Shown here piece after piece: positions 1 through 8,469 of a DNA stretch of 64,000 bases. The position numbers and the translations under genes are program-made. Positions within the stretch are counted from its first letter, which is position 1; each line of letters opens with the position of its first letter. The DNA lies in IMG/VR virus record IMGVR_UViG_3300013006_000024, positions 41,163 through 105,162 of that record; one strand, given 5' to 3'. This DNA is from a virus. The notes under the pieces are model-generated. The model searched no databases. It was not told where the DNA came from and saw nothing but the letters and a program-made list of their open reading frames with translations.

Positions 1-2
1 AG

Positions 3-257
3 CATTTATTAGATAATTTTATCCCAGGTATCTTTAACGCTGTTAATACAAAGCCTATAACTGCAAAAGAAGTAGTAGACATATTTAAAAAATATAATAA
101 AGTTAATCCTAATTGGAATTTTGTTGAAATGGACGATCTAGATATAGTAGCTAACCGATCTAATTGTATTCTCAGTACTCAAAAATTACAGCAGCATGGG
201 CTAGAATTTTCCGATACCTTTGAAACAGTTGAAAAATATATACAGGAATTATGTTAA
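3..257 (+). CDS. C-terminal fragment of an NDP-4-keto-6-deoxysugar reductase (RmlD or NRS/ER 3,5-epimerase/4-reductase-like), truncated by the window edge
   Basis: Manually translated, not in the ORF track: HLLDNFIPGIFNAVNTKPITAKEVVDIF...VANRSNCILSTQKLQQHG...ELC*. The GIFN-xN and RSNxxLxxxKL motifs are typical of RmlD/NRS-ER C-termini. Confidence 0.65.
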   Translation, partial: HLLDNFIPGIFNAVNTKPITAKEVVDIFKKYNKVNPNWNFVEMDDLDIVANRSNCILSTQKLQQHGLEFSDTFETVEKYIQELC

Positions 258-538
258 CTGAAATATTTAAACACCCAAAAAAGAGATACGTTTATGCAAT
301 TACAGGCGGTGCATTTTTAGGCGAACTCTTTGTATACATGGAAAAGAAGAATGATGATTTTGTATTTTTGTCTTTACCTGATATGAAAATAAGAGAGGTA
401 CCATGCGATAAATTTGATTTTGGGTTAACACAAAAAATAGTAGATATAGTTGAAAAGCTGCCAGCAAATGTTTACGACGTCTGCAGAATACAATATAATA
501 AAAATAACACTTTAAATACGGAAGTAGCTATTAAATAA
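251..538 (+). CDS. hypothetical phage protein
   Basis: 95-aa ORF overlapping the end of the upstream gene; no recognised motif. Confidence 0.7.
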   Translation: MLTEIFKHPKKRYVYAITGGAFLGELFVYMEKKNDDFVFLSLPDMKIREVPCDKFDFGLTQKIVDIVEKLPANVYDVCRIQYNKNNTLNTEVAIK

Positions 539-542
539 CTAT

Positions 543-731
543 ATGGACCTAATTAACCCCATACCTATTGTTTCACCTATTAGTGGTGAGCCTGTTAGAC
601 CTCGTCTACGTACTTACATTCGTGAAGGTAATGAAATTGTTGAAGCAGAATATATTGATCCGGCTAGTGGTACCTTTATTAGAAAAGGTATAGTTTCTGT
701 TAAACCTATACCTAAACAAAATAAGGCTTAA
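543..731 (+). CDS. small hypothetical late protein
   Basis: 62-aa ORF preceded by TAAATA (532-537) at 5-nt spacing. Confidence 0.7.
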   Translation: MDLINPIPIVSPISGEPVRPRLRTYIREGNEIVEAEYIDPASGTFIRKGIVSVKPIPKQNKA

Positions 732-732
732 C

Positions 733-760
733 TTGTTTTTGATAGTATATAACTTATACT
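733..760 (+). promoter_or_regulatory. sigma70-type promoter of primase
   Basis: TTGTTT-N16-TATACT, then 6 nt to GTG 767. Confidence 0.55.
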
Positions 761-766
761 ATACGT

Positions 767-1801
767 GTGTTAATACCTAGAGAGTATATACTTCAGAAGT
801 TTTATCAATTTGCTGGTTATCCGCAATATAAAAAGCATAGTAATACGTATATTGCAGGGTGTCCGATTTGTAGAGAAGGCCGATCTTGGGGTAAGAAAAG
901 ACGATGTATTTATATTGTTGAAGACAATGCTGTTTGTTGTCATAATTGCGGTTGGTATAGCGATGCTATAAAATGGATTCAAGAAGTCTCCGGTCAGTCG
1001 TTTAATGAAATTTTGAATGAATCGAGAGAGTTTGATATTTTACCTTTAGATGTATTAAGCGATAAAACCGAGCCAATAATACGTAAGCCTGTCGAAGATT
1101 TGCCTAAAGATTCAATTAATTTATTTGATAGTAAGCAGGTCGAATTCTATAGCGATAATCAGGTAGTACAAGACGCCTTAAGCTTAGTTAAACGAAGAAG
1201 AATAGATAGAGCTATTAATAGACCGGAGACGTTATGGCTATCACTAAATGACCATACCCATAAGAACCGAGTTGTCATTCCGTTTTATAATGAAAATAAT
1301 AATATTATTTTCTATCAATCTCGTGCTTTATATGACCGTGATTTAAGACTTTATCCAAAATATCTAAGTAAAATAAATGGTGAAAAGTCACTATACAATA
1401 TTAATAAAATTACATCCGATATTGATTATATTTTTATATTCGAAGGACCAATCGATTCTTTTTTTATTAAAAATGGAACAGCTGTTGCAGGCATTCAGGA
1501 GAATAGTAATGCTATGTTTTCTAAGCTACAAGAGATGCAGTTAAACACGTTCAAGTTTCATAAGAAAATTTGGGTATTAGATAATCAATGGGTTGATAAC
1601 GCTAGTCGTAATAAAACAAATAAGCTTATAGAAAACGGTGAATGCGTTTTTATCTGGCCTGAGAATTTGAGTAAGAAATATAAAGATATGAACGATCTTT
1701 GTATTGATCAGGAGAAGGATAGCTTAGATGTAGATTTTATAGTAAGCAATTCGTTTACGGATATGAAAGCTAAACTACTAATGAGCGTTATCGGTCGTTA
1801 G
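767..1801 (+). CDS. gp61: DNA primase (T4 gp61-like)
   Basis: N-terminal Zn finger CPIC...CHNC; TOPRIM motifs FEGPIDS and VLDNQ; KDMND; size about 340 aa. Confidence 0.92.
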   Translation: MLIPREYILQKFYQFAGYPQYKKHSNTYIAGCPICREGRSWGKKRRCIYIVEDNAVCCHNCGWYSDAIKWIQEVSGQSFNEILNESREFDILPLDVLSDKTEPIIRKPVEDLPKDSINLFDSKQVEFYSDNQVVQDALSLVKRRRIDRAINRPETLWLSLNDHTHKNRVVIPFYNENNNIIFYQSRALYDRDLRLYPKYLSKINGEKSLYNINKITSDIDYIFIFEGPIDSFFIKNGTAVAGIQENSNAMFSKLQEMQLNTFKFHKKIWVLDNQWVDNASRNKTNKLIENGECVFIWPENLSKKYKDMNDLCIDQEKDSLDVDFIVSNSFTDMKAKLLMSVIGR

Positions 1802-2204
1802 ACGAAATAAGATACCCCTTAAGCGATTCGCTCAAAGAACTCAATTCAGCTGCAAGTCTTGCAATCTTCTTTTTCTCACTTCTAGCAATATCCTCAAAAA
1901 TTGAATCGCAAGGAGCGGAGTGTAGTTGTACTTGCATTGAAGATGCATCTGTACCATTTAGGAAACCAATAAACGTATCGATTTGGGCAATCCAATCTTT
2001 TAGTTTCTGTGCCTGATCAATTTTAGTTCTATCTAAAAGCTTCTCTCTACCAGGTTGCTGCACATCAAAATCTTCAGGCTTTGCAGTAGTTAACGACTGT
2101 GCCATTGCTTCTTTATCTGTTTGCGGGGTAGAATCTTGATTAACAGGTGCTGGAGCTTGATCAGCTTCTAGAATGGTGTCAAATATACGTTCGAAAGATA
2201 TCAT
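1788..2204 (-). CDS. hypothetical late protein, possibly head-internal
   Basis: 138 aa; TAAATA-N6-ATG on the minus strand; N-terminus MISFERIFDTILE. Confidence 0.7.
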   Translation of the reverse strand: MISFERIFDTILEADQAPAPVNQDSTPQTDKEAMAQSLTTAKPEDFDVQQPGREKLLDRTKIDQAQKLKDWIAQIDTFIGFLNGTDASSMQVQLHSAPCDSIFEDIARSEKKKIARLAAELSSLSESLKGYLISSNDR

Positions 2205-2238
2205 ATTAATTATTTATTACAAGAGAATAAATAATTTA

Positions 2239-2622
2239 GTGAAAAAGACGGTTTTGTTTGAAGACTTTACTAACTACTATAATAAATGGGTTTCCGGTAT
2301 AGCTTCCAGAGAGCTTGGCTCTCAACGTGTTACTTTAAAGGATCTATTTGATAAGAGTGTGACAGACCAGCTACCTGGTTCAGCAAAAGCTGAAAAGGTA
2401 CTGCCTTTCCCTTTGCCTAGTGTTGTTGAGCAAGTAGGTGAGCTATATTTAAACGCGACAAACACAAGAGCACTATTTAACGATTCATTAAAGAACCCTA
2501 TTATTAATAAAAACGAGAGTGCATTTGAGACAGTAAAACAAGTAGTAGCTAAGCTTGACAATATAATAGAAGAAATTAATCATATATTTAAAATCACTGA
2601 TACACCGGTTGCAAAAAAATAA
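2239..2622 (+). CDS. hypothetical late protein (start revised to GTG 2239)
   Basis: In frame with track ORF 2173..2622. TAAATA 2228-2233 lies 5 nt before GTG 2239, and this start removes the overlap with the divergent gene. Confidence 0.65.
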   Translation: MKKTVLFEDFTNYYNKWVSGIASRELGSQRVTLKDLFDKSVTDQLPGSAKAEKVLPFPLPSVVEQVGELYLNATNTRALFNDSLKNPIINKNESAFETVKQVVAKLDNIIEEINHIFKITDTPVAKK

Positions 2623-2636
2623 ACTAATACTATAAT
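2609..2636 (+). promoter_or_regulatory. sigma70-type promoter
   Basis: TTGCAA-N16-TATAAT, then 6 nt to ATG 2643. Confidence 0.6.
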
Positions 2637-2642
2637 AGTTAA

Positions 2643-3071
2643 ATGCTTACAAAAGTTAGCTTTCAGCTTTTTTCTCTTACAATAGTATCTCTCCTTTTTG
2701 GATATTGGACTACCACTATAGGTGTTAATATAATTGTCGGAACGTTAACTGGTGCAGTTATTCAATTCTTAGGGTTTAACGCCTTTTCAACTGTTTTTAA
2801 TTCTATTGTATTATTGAAAAATAAAAAACTTGAAAACGAAAGACTTCAAGAGTTTTCTTATCAAGGTCTTGAATTAGAATGTCCTTGCTATAAAAAAGAA
2901 AGAGAACTAGTTCCAGTTAGATTTAATACACCTAACTATTATAGATGTAAAGCTTGTAACAAACAGCTTAGTGTTATAGTTACTGCGGAATCCGCTGTGG
3001 TTACCGAACCTATTTTAAATACAGATTTATCCAGTCTTGACACCAGTATTATAGAAAAAGCTATACAATGA
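2643..3071 (+). CDS. membrane protein with C-terminal zinc ribbon
   Basis: Two N-terminal hydrophobic segments, then CPC...CKAC. Confidence 0.65.
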   Translation: MLTKVSFQLFSLTIVSLLFGYWTTTIGVNIIVGTLTGAVIQFLGFNAFSTVFNSIVLLKNKKLENERLQEFSYQGLELECPCYKKERELVPVRFNTPNYYRCKACNKQLSVIVTAESAVVTEPILNTDLSSLDTSIIEKAIQ

Positions 3072-3526
3072 ATATACCCGACAGTATAGCTAAGTTAACT
3101 ACTGAAGTATCAAATGATCATTTTAATACTAAACCAGTTGATCCTATTTTAAATTTAAACGATGTTGTTTTGCTTGTTAAAAAATCTCTAAATTTAAAGC
3201 AACTTAATAATTTTGAGCAAGGTTTAAATTTTTATAAAACCAATGTTACATCCGATAAATCAGTATCACAAAATATGATGGGTCTAGTTTCGGACATTAT
3301 AATAACTGCTCTCAAAGATAGTGACATCAATGAAGAATATAAAATAAATCTAGGACTCAGTATTAAAAATTCATTTACGGGTATTAATGAGATTTTAGAA
3401 TCCGTATTTAAGAATTTAAACATGCTGAATAAAAATAATAATTTACTTGACGTCAAAGATTTTACCTTGATAATACTAGGATATGCAATCGGACTCCTTA
3501 AAAAAATCGATAACAATAGAAGCTAA
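3068..3526 (+). CDS. hypothetical protein
   Basis: 152 aa; ATGA overlap with the upstream gene. Confidence 0.7.
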   Translation: MNIPDSIAKLTTEVSNDHFNTKPVDPILNLNDVVLLVKKSLNLKQLNNFEQGLNFYKTNVTSDKSVSQNMMGLVSDIIITALKDSDINEEYKINLGLSIKNSFTGINEILESVFKNLNMLNKNNNLLDVKDFTLIILGYAIGLLKKIDNNRS

Positions 3527-3791
3527 AAACGGAAATCATAAACTCAAGGTGAGTGAATATGCCCGTTGGTTTTGTCTTATTGAAGCTTTGGACATTATAA
3601 GTCGAAAAGCTCAACAATTCAAAGTTGACCTGCAAAACAAAGATGCTGACTGGGTAAAACCTCTAGCATTTCAAAAATATATAGATGAAAGATATGAATC
3701 TATGGTCGACGAGGTTCTTATGAATGAATCGACCGATACAACACCGGTAGTACCAAAATGCATTACATCATTGGAACCAGCTTTAAAGTAA
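3483..3791 (+). CDS. hypothetical protein
   Basis: 102-aa ORF in a continuous same-strand run. Confidence 0.65.
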   Translation: MQSDSLKKSITIEAKNGNHKLKVSEYARWFCLIEALDIISRKAQQFKVDLQNKDADWVKPLAFQKYIDERYESMVDEVLMNESTDTTPVVPKCITSLEPALK

Positions 3792-4036
3792 GTCAAGCTG
3801 GACGCACTCTTTTAAGAGATAAGCGTTTTGCTGTAGGAGGGGTTTACTCTCTCATCCACATTACACCGCGTAATGGGAAATACGTTTACTACTTTATGGA
3901 TTTAAGTAGAAATAAACTAGATATAGAATTTAATTCTTGCAGAGAGGCAGACTCTTTGTTAGCCAAATTAAAAAACGAGAGAATTCCAAACTACGAAGAG
4001 CAAAAAGAAGATATTATTGATACCATTGCGGATTAG
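3758..4036 (+). CDS. hypothetical protein
   Basis: 92-aa ORF ending convergently at the neck gene. Confidence 0.65.
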   Translation: MHYIIGTSFKVSQAGRTLLRDKRFAVGGVYSLIHITPRNGKYVYYFMDLSRNKLDIEFNSCREADSLLAKLKNERIPNYEEQKEDIIDTIAD

Positions 4037-4758
4037 TAATAACCGCCGTATACATCAGAGTAATCTGTCTTACTGTAGTCAAAAACCTTCTTTGACTCAA
4101 TATCCATACTATCCGTGTACGGTTTATTAGCCCCGGAAGCATAAGGGGTTTTAGTATCGTCAAATAATTGATCATTCTGAGCTTCCGGTATAACACCTGG
4201 TTCGAAAGAATATTCAAAGCGCTTAGCTTTAATTAACCACACATAATGTCCCATAAGAGTGTTGATTTGGGCAATATCTTGGTCTAATCTTTGTGTTATT
4301 TCGTATATATTACCGTTTCTACCCCCGGGTCTATCACTACCATACTCTACTAGTTGGAATAGGTCACCGGATTTAGGTTCTGCACCATAGCCAAACGTTT
4401 CATAGAACGCGCTTATGTGGATAAAAGCTGTTACCTCATCATCTGATACTAAACCAAATTTACTTAGCATTAATGCATTTTCATTAAGATTAATAGCCAT
4501 TATAATATTTTGAGGCGGCGAAAAAGCTTGGGTTGGCTGTTCACCGTATAGCATATCTGCACTTAAAGTGGTCGTGTTATTAACAATATAGCCTACTTGC
4601 TGGCCATACAGATTAATTTGTTCTCTCCAATAGTTAGAGTATGTATTTCTTTCGCAATTATTATTTTGCTTATTAGTATATCTAAAGCAGGGATTATCCT
4701 CAAAGAAAAACGGATATACCTTAGGTTGTGGACTACCGGTATAATACGCTACGCTCAT
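4033..4758 (-). CDS. gp14: neck/head-completion protein (T4 gp14-like)
   Basis: REQINLYGQQVGYI, LSKFGL, PKSGDL, YVWLIKAKRFEYSFE match the gp14 motif order. Confidence 0.75.
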   Translation of the reverse strand: MSVAYYTGSPQPKVYPFFFEDNPCFRYTNKQNNNCERNTYSNYWREQINLYGQQVGYIVNNTTTLSADMLYGEQPTQAFSPPQNIIMAINLNENALMLSKFGLVSDDEVTAFIHISAFYETFGYGAEPKSGDLFQLVEYGSDRPGGRNGNIYEITQRLDQDIAQINTLMGHYVWLIKAKRFEYSFEPGVIPEAQNDQLFDDTKTPYASGANKPYTDSMDIESKKVFDYSKTDYSDVYGGYY

Positions 4759-5075
4759 TTTTCTAATACCGGTTTTTGTAATATAGGATCTAATTTAATA
4801 GTCACGCCTGTATTACCTAGTTTCTTAGGCTTAACGGGATCATACTTAAAATGGAATTCACCTTCAATTTGTGCGACTTCTCGAGTATTTAAAGTATATT
4901 TACCTGATGGTTTCCTTAATAAGCTTTGTACTTTTTGATTATTATGCTTTGTTCTATGCATGTGAGGTACTGTGCGACCTGGATTCTTAGGATGTGAAGA
5001 TGGGTCGCGTACAACAGGATGCATATGTCGTTTATCTGTACCTATTTTACCGGAATAAAAATCTCTAAACGTCAT
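4755..5075 (-). CDS. basic hypothetical late protein
   Basis: 106 aa; TAAATA-N5-ATG; ATGA coupling to the gp14-like gene. Confidence 0.7.
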   Translation of the reverse strand: MTFRDFYSGKIGTDKRHMHPVVRDPSSHPKNPGRTVPHMHRTKHNNQKVQSLLRKPSGKYTLNTREVAQIEGEFHFKYDPVKPKKLGNTGVTIKLDPILQKPVLEK

Positions 5076-5089
5076 ATAGTTATTTAAGC

Positions 5090-5127
5090 AAAAAAAAGGG
5101 CCTAATTTGACTTAGGCCCTTTTTTTT
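5090..5127. terminator. bidirectional rho-independent terminator
   Basis: A8-GGGCCTAA-tttgac-TTAGGCCC-T8 perfect hairpin just downstream of the 5144..6037 gene. Confidence 0.9.
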
Positions 5128-5143
5128 ACTATTTTTTGATTGC

Positions 5144-6037
5144 TTATTTTAGACCAGCTAGATAAGCACCGACCTTAGAGGTCTTAGAATTCACTACGTT
5201 AGCCTTACCCTTGGGGGATGTGGGGGCGCCACCTTTTATGCCACCACCAACAAGAGCATGGCCCTTTTCACCATCATTACCAACTTTGTCAGTTACCTTG
5301 GAATCACCAGGGCCACTCGACTTTAAACTATTTGTTACATCGCCAACCTTGTTATCTTTCTTTTGAAGAGATTGGCCAGCAGAAGTAGGAAGCTCTTTCA
5401 TTTCAGTGCCTTCTTTAGCAACACCTTCATTATCTTCATCTTCTTCTGTCTTCTCTTTTTCTTCGTTAGCTTCATCGGCGCCACCAGCGTCGAGTTCACC
5501 AATTTCATCGGAACCTTCATCAGAAGACTCATCAGAATTTTCTTCACCTAATGCGGCATGCATAACATCACAAAGCTTTTGAGCGACATCACGAGGCAAT
5601 GTGAAGGTTACATCACCTTCCTCACCAGCACCTTCCTCACCAGCAGGAAGACCGAGAGCCTCTGCATCGCTAGCCTCGACATCCTCAGGCCGGCCGGACA
5701 TTACGTCCTCGTATAATTTATCAAAAATAGATTTGCTCATAAAATTATTTATTGTTTGTACCTCTGTTTTTTCAAGATTTTGTGAGAATTTTTTTGGAGT
5801 ATAAAAATTATCGTTTTTGGCAGTCTCGGGATCAATTAAATCTTTCTTAAAACCATCAGCATTTTCCGGGCCAGAATTCTTGGGAGTGAAGGCTTTAGGA
5901 TCTGCTTTAGCTTCTACTGGCTTCTTATCTGTAGCTAGTTTAAATGTGCCTTTAGGGGGAAATACGGCCTTCTTTTCTTCAATTATATTGTTTTCATAGA
6001 AGGCACCCAATTCTACTAGCGATCTTGCTTGATTCAT
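5144..6037 (-). CDS. acidic low-complexity late protein (prohead core/internal-protein-like)
   Basis: 297 aa; D/E-rich centre and G/K-rich C-terminus; has its own TAAATA promoter and strong terminator. Confidence 0.6.
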   Translation of the reverse strand: MNQARSLVELGAFYENNIIEEKKAVFPPKGTFKLATDKKPVEAKADPKAFTPKNSGPENADGFKKDLIDPETAKNDNFYTPKKFSQNLEKTEVQTINNFMSKSIFDKLYEDVMSGRPEDVEASDAEALGLPAGEEGAGEEGDVTFTLPRDVAQKLCDVMHAALGEENSDESSDEGSDEIGELDAGGADEANEEKEKTEEDEDNEGVAKEGTEMKELPTSAGQSLQKKDNKVGDVTNSLKSSGPGDSKVTDKVGNDGEKGHALVGGGIKGGAPTSPKGKANVVNSKTSKVGAYLAGLK

Positions 6038-6048
6038 ATTAAGTATTT

Positions 6049-7767
6049 ATGTTATATATGCCTAAAAAACAAGAAAGTAAATTTTATTTAGGTAATCAAA
6101 ACTTACCCACATCAGATGCGGTGTTTGATTATGAAGCACATCCTGAGTGGGTAGAAGATATAGCAAAATCAAGAAAGAACATTTTATACTTTGCAGAAAA
6201 TTTCTTTTATATAACAAATCTCGATGAAGGTAAGATGAAGATAAGACTTCATTCTTATCAAAAAAGAATTTTAAGAAGTTTGAGAGATAACAGATTTGTT
6301 TGCTTACTAGCATCTAGACAGGTGGGAAAAACGACCTTAATGACAATATATGCATTATGGATTGCATGCTTTTTTGAAGATCAACGTATTCTTATTGTAG
6401 CGAATAAAGAGCAGACTGCGATTAACATTTTTAAGAGAGTTCGTTTAGCTTATGAAAAGCTACCGAACTACCTTAAACCAGGAACTGTAGAATATGGTAA
6501 AACATCTATGTCGTTAGGAAATGGATCTAGTATTGGTATTTCAACTACTAGTAGTGATGCAGGGCGAGGTGATAGCTGTAATGTTCTCATTTTGGACGAG
6601 TTGGCATTTATTGATAACCATCTTGTTGAGCAATTTTGGAGTTCGGTATACCCAATTATATCATCTTCTAAGAAATCTAAAATATTTGTTGCTTCAACGC
6701 CAAACGGTACTGGAAATCTTTTTCATGAGCTCTATAGCGGTGCATTCGAAAAGAAAAATGACTGGCATGCAGAAAAGGTTGACTGGTGGGAGTTCCCGGG
6801 GCGTGATGAGGTGTGGAAAGAAAAGACAATTAAAACTTTAGGAAGTAGAGAAGTTTTTGATCAAGAATTTGGAAATGTATTCTTGCAAGCTGGTGAAAGT
6901 GCCTTGGATGAAAAACTTTTTGAAGAAATGAAAACCGAGTGCACTGAACCTAAATTTGTATTTGAAGAAGGAAAATATCTTTTATGGGATGAACCCAATA
7001 AAGATCATATTTACGTTGCGGGTGTTGACATAAGTGAAGGAGTTGGTGAAGCAGCAAGCGTAATTCAAATATTTGACTTAACCGACTTAAGAGAGATAAA
7101 ACAGGTGGCTACTTACCATGATAGACTAATTAGCCCTTATAATTTTACTTCCAAAGTTTACGAAATCTTGCAGCACTGGGGATCACCATTAGCAATGATA
7201 GAAAGAAATAATTGCGGGGCGCAAGTAGTTGATCAATTAAAAAACACTCATGCGTATGAAAATATTGTTTCGTATGGAACTAAAGTCGGCCCTGTATCTT
7301 TTAATAAGATTGGTGTGCAAGCACATACTAATACCAAATACAAGGGTGTAGTTAATATGCGCTATTGGATGAATGAAGTACGTGCATTAAAAATTAGGGA
7401 CTTTAAAACTTTAAACGAACTTAAAGGTTTTGTAAGATACCCAAACGGTACATGGGCTGCAAAGCAAGGATCAGATAGTTGGGATGACCGAGTAATGTCG
7501 TTATTATGGGGGTTAATGATCCTTGAAACAGATCTTTGTGAAAAGTATTTTGAAGTTGTAGAATATGATAAAAATAAAAAACCCCTTAAAATTAAATCGT
7601 TAGATTACGGTATAAAATACTTCATTAATCCTACATCTATGTATAGTAACGAAAAAATGGGTATAGATGGTGTACCGCCTTTGCCAATTGTTATATCGCA
7701 GGACGGTAATCAGGATCATAATGAAATAGCTGACCTTGAGTCACAAGGTTACCGCCGTTTAATATAA
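6049..7767 (+). CDS. terL: terminase large subunit (T4 gp17-like)
   Basis: YQ motif, Walker A SRQVGKTT, Walker B ILDELAF, coupling motif STPNG, nuclease residues GVD and DDRVM. Confidence 0.97.
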   Translation: MLYMPKKQESKFYLGNQNLPTSDAVFDYEAHPEWVEDIAKSRKNILYFAENFFYITNLDEGKMKIRLHSYQKRILRSLRDNRFVCLLASRQVGKTTLMTIYALWIACFFEDQRILIVANKEQTAINIFKRVRLAYEKLPNYLKPGTVEYGKTSMSLGNGSSIGISTTSSDAGRGDSCNVLILDELAFIDNHLVEQFWSSVYPIISSSKKSKIFVASTPNGTGNLFHELYSGAFEKKNDWHAEKVDWWEFPGRDEVWKEKTIKTLGSREVFDQEFGNVFLQAGESALDEKLFEEMKTECTEPKFVFEEGKYLLWDEPNKDHIYVAGVDISEGVGEAASVIQIFDLTDLREIKQVATYHDRLISPYNFTSKVYEILQHWGSPLAMIERNNCGAQVVDQLKNTHAYENIVSYGTKVGPVSFNKIGVQAHTNTKYKGVVNMRYWMNEVRALKIRDFKTLNELKGFVRYPNGTWAAKQGSDSWDDRVMSLLWGLMILETDLCEKYFEVVEYDKNKKPLKIKSLDYGIKYFINPTSMYSNEKMGIDGVPPLPIVISQDGNQDHNEIADLESQGYRRLI

Positions 7768-7770
7768 ATA
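7763..7770 (+). promoter_or_regulatory. T4-type late promoter TATAAATA (representative of at least 18 TAAATA sites)
   Basis: Exact T4 late consensus 5 nt before ATG 7776; also exact at 23873-23880 and 44350-44357. Confidence 0.8.
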
Positions 7771-7775
7771 ATTAA

Positions 7776-8429
7776 ATGGCAAACCTAGTAACATATACTC
7801 AAAGCCCTTTTAATAAAGCGCGTAAAGATAAATTTTTATTTGTTTTAAATTTACCCGCTTGCTTAAAAGATATTTCTCGTAAATTTGAACGCGATAATAA
7901 TACCGTAATTCCCGATGCTCTACAATTTTCTGTTTTCGGTGCCACAATTCCCGAAGTATCCGTACCTGCAGTTAATATTAGATACTCCGGTCAAACATTA
8001 GCTAATTCAGGATATTCTAGAGATCCCTACCCACCCGTAACAGTTAATTTTACCATTGATAACAGGTTTAACAATTATTGGATTATATACAAATGGTTAG
8101 ATCTTTTAAATAATGCAAGACTTAGTATATTTGATGCTGATAATCTCATAGATAACGATATTAAGAATTCATTAAATAAGCAAGTAGCTATAGTAAATAA
8201 AACTAACTCTTCAGGTGCCGATTTTCTTAAGTTTAGAGCTAATTTCTCTTTATTTGCATTAGACGAATATGACAAAAGAATTATTGAATTTATTTATAAA
8301 GATGCGTTTCCAACAGCAGTCGGATCGATCAATTTTAACAATAGAGATGCAACAGAAATTGAAACTTCTTTCACTTTTGAATATTCACAGCTGGAAGTAT
8401 CTCTAGTTGAACAGATAGATAATTTATAA
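7776..8429 (+). CDS. tail completion/sheath stabiliser (T4 gp3-like, tube fold)
   Basis: ATIPEVS...VTVNFTIDNRFNNYWIIYKW...AFPTAVGSINF...SFTFEY pattern. Confidence 0.7.
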   Translation: MANLVTYTQSPFNKARKDKFLFVLNLPACLKDISRKFERDNNTVIPDALQFSVFGATIPEVSVPAVNIRYSGQTLANSGYSRDPYPPVTVNFTIDNRFNNYWIIYKWLDLLNNARLSIFDADNLIDNDIKNSLNKQVAIVNKTNSSGADFLKFRANFSLFALDEYDKRIIEFIYKDAFPTAVGSINFNNRDATEIETSFTFEYSQLEVSLVEQIDNL

Positions 8430-8469
8430 AAACTGAAAAGTTTTATCCGAAAAAACATAAATATTTTAT

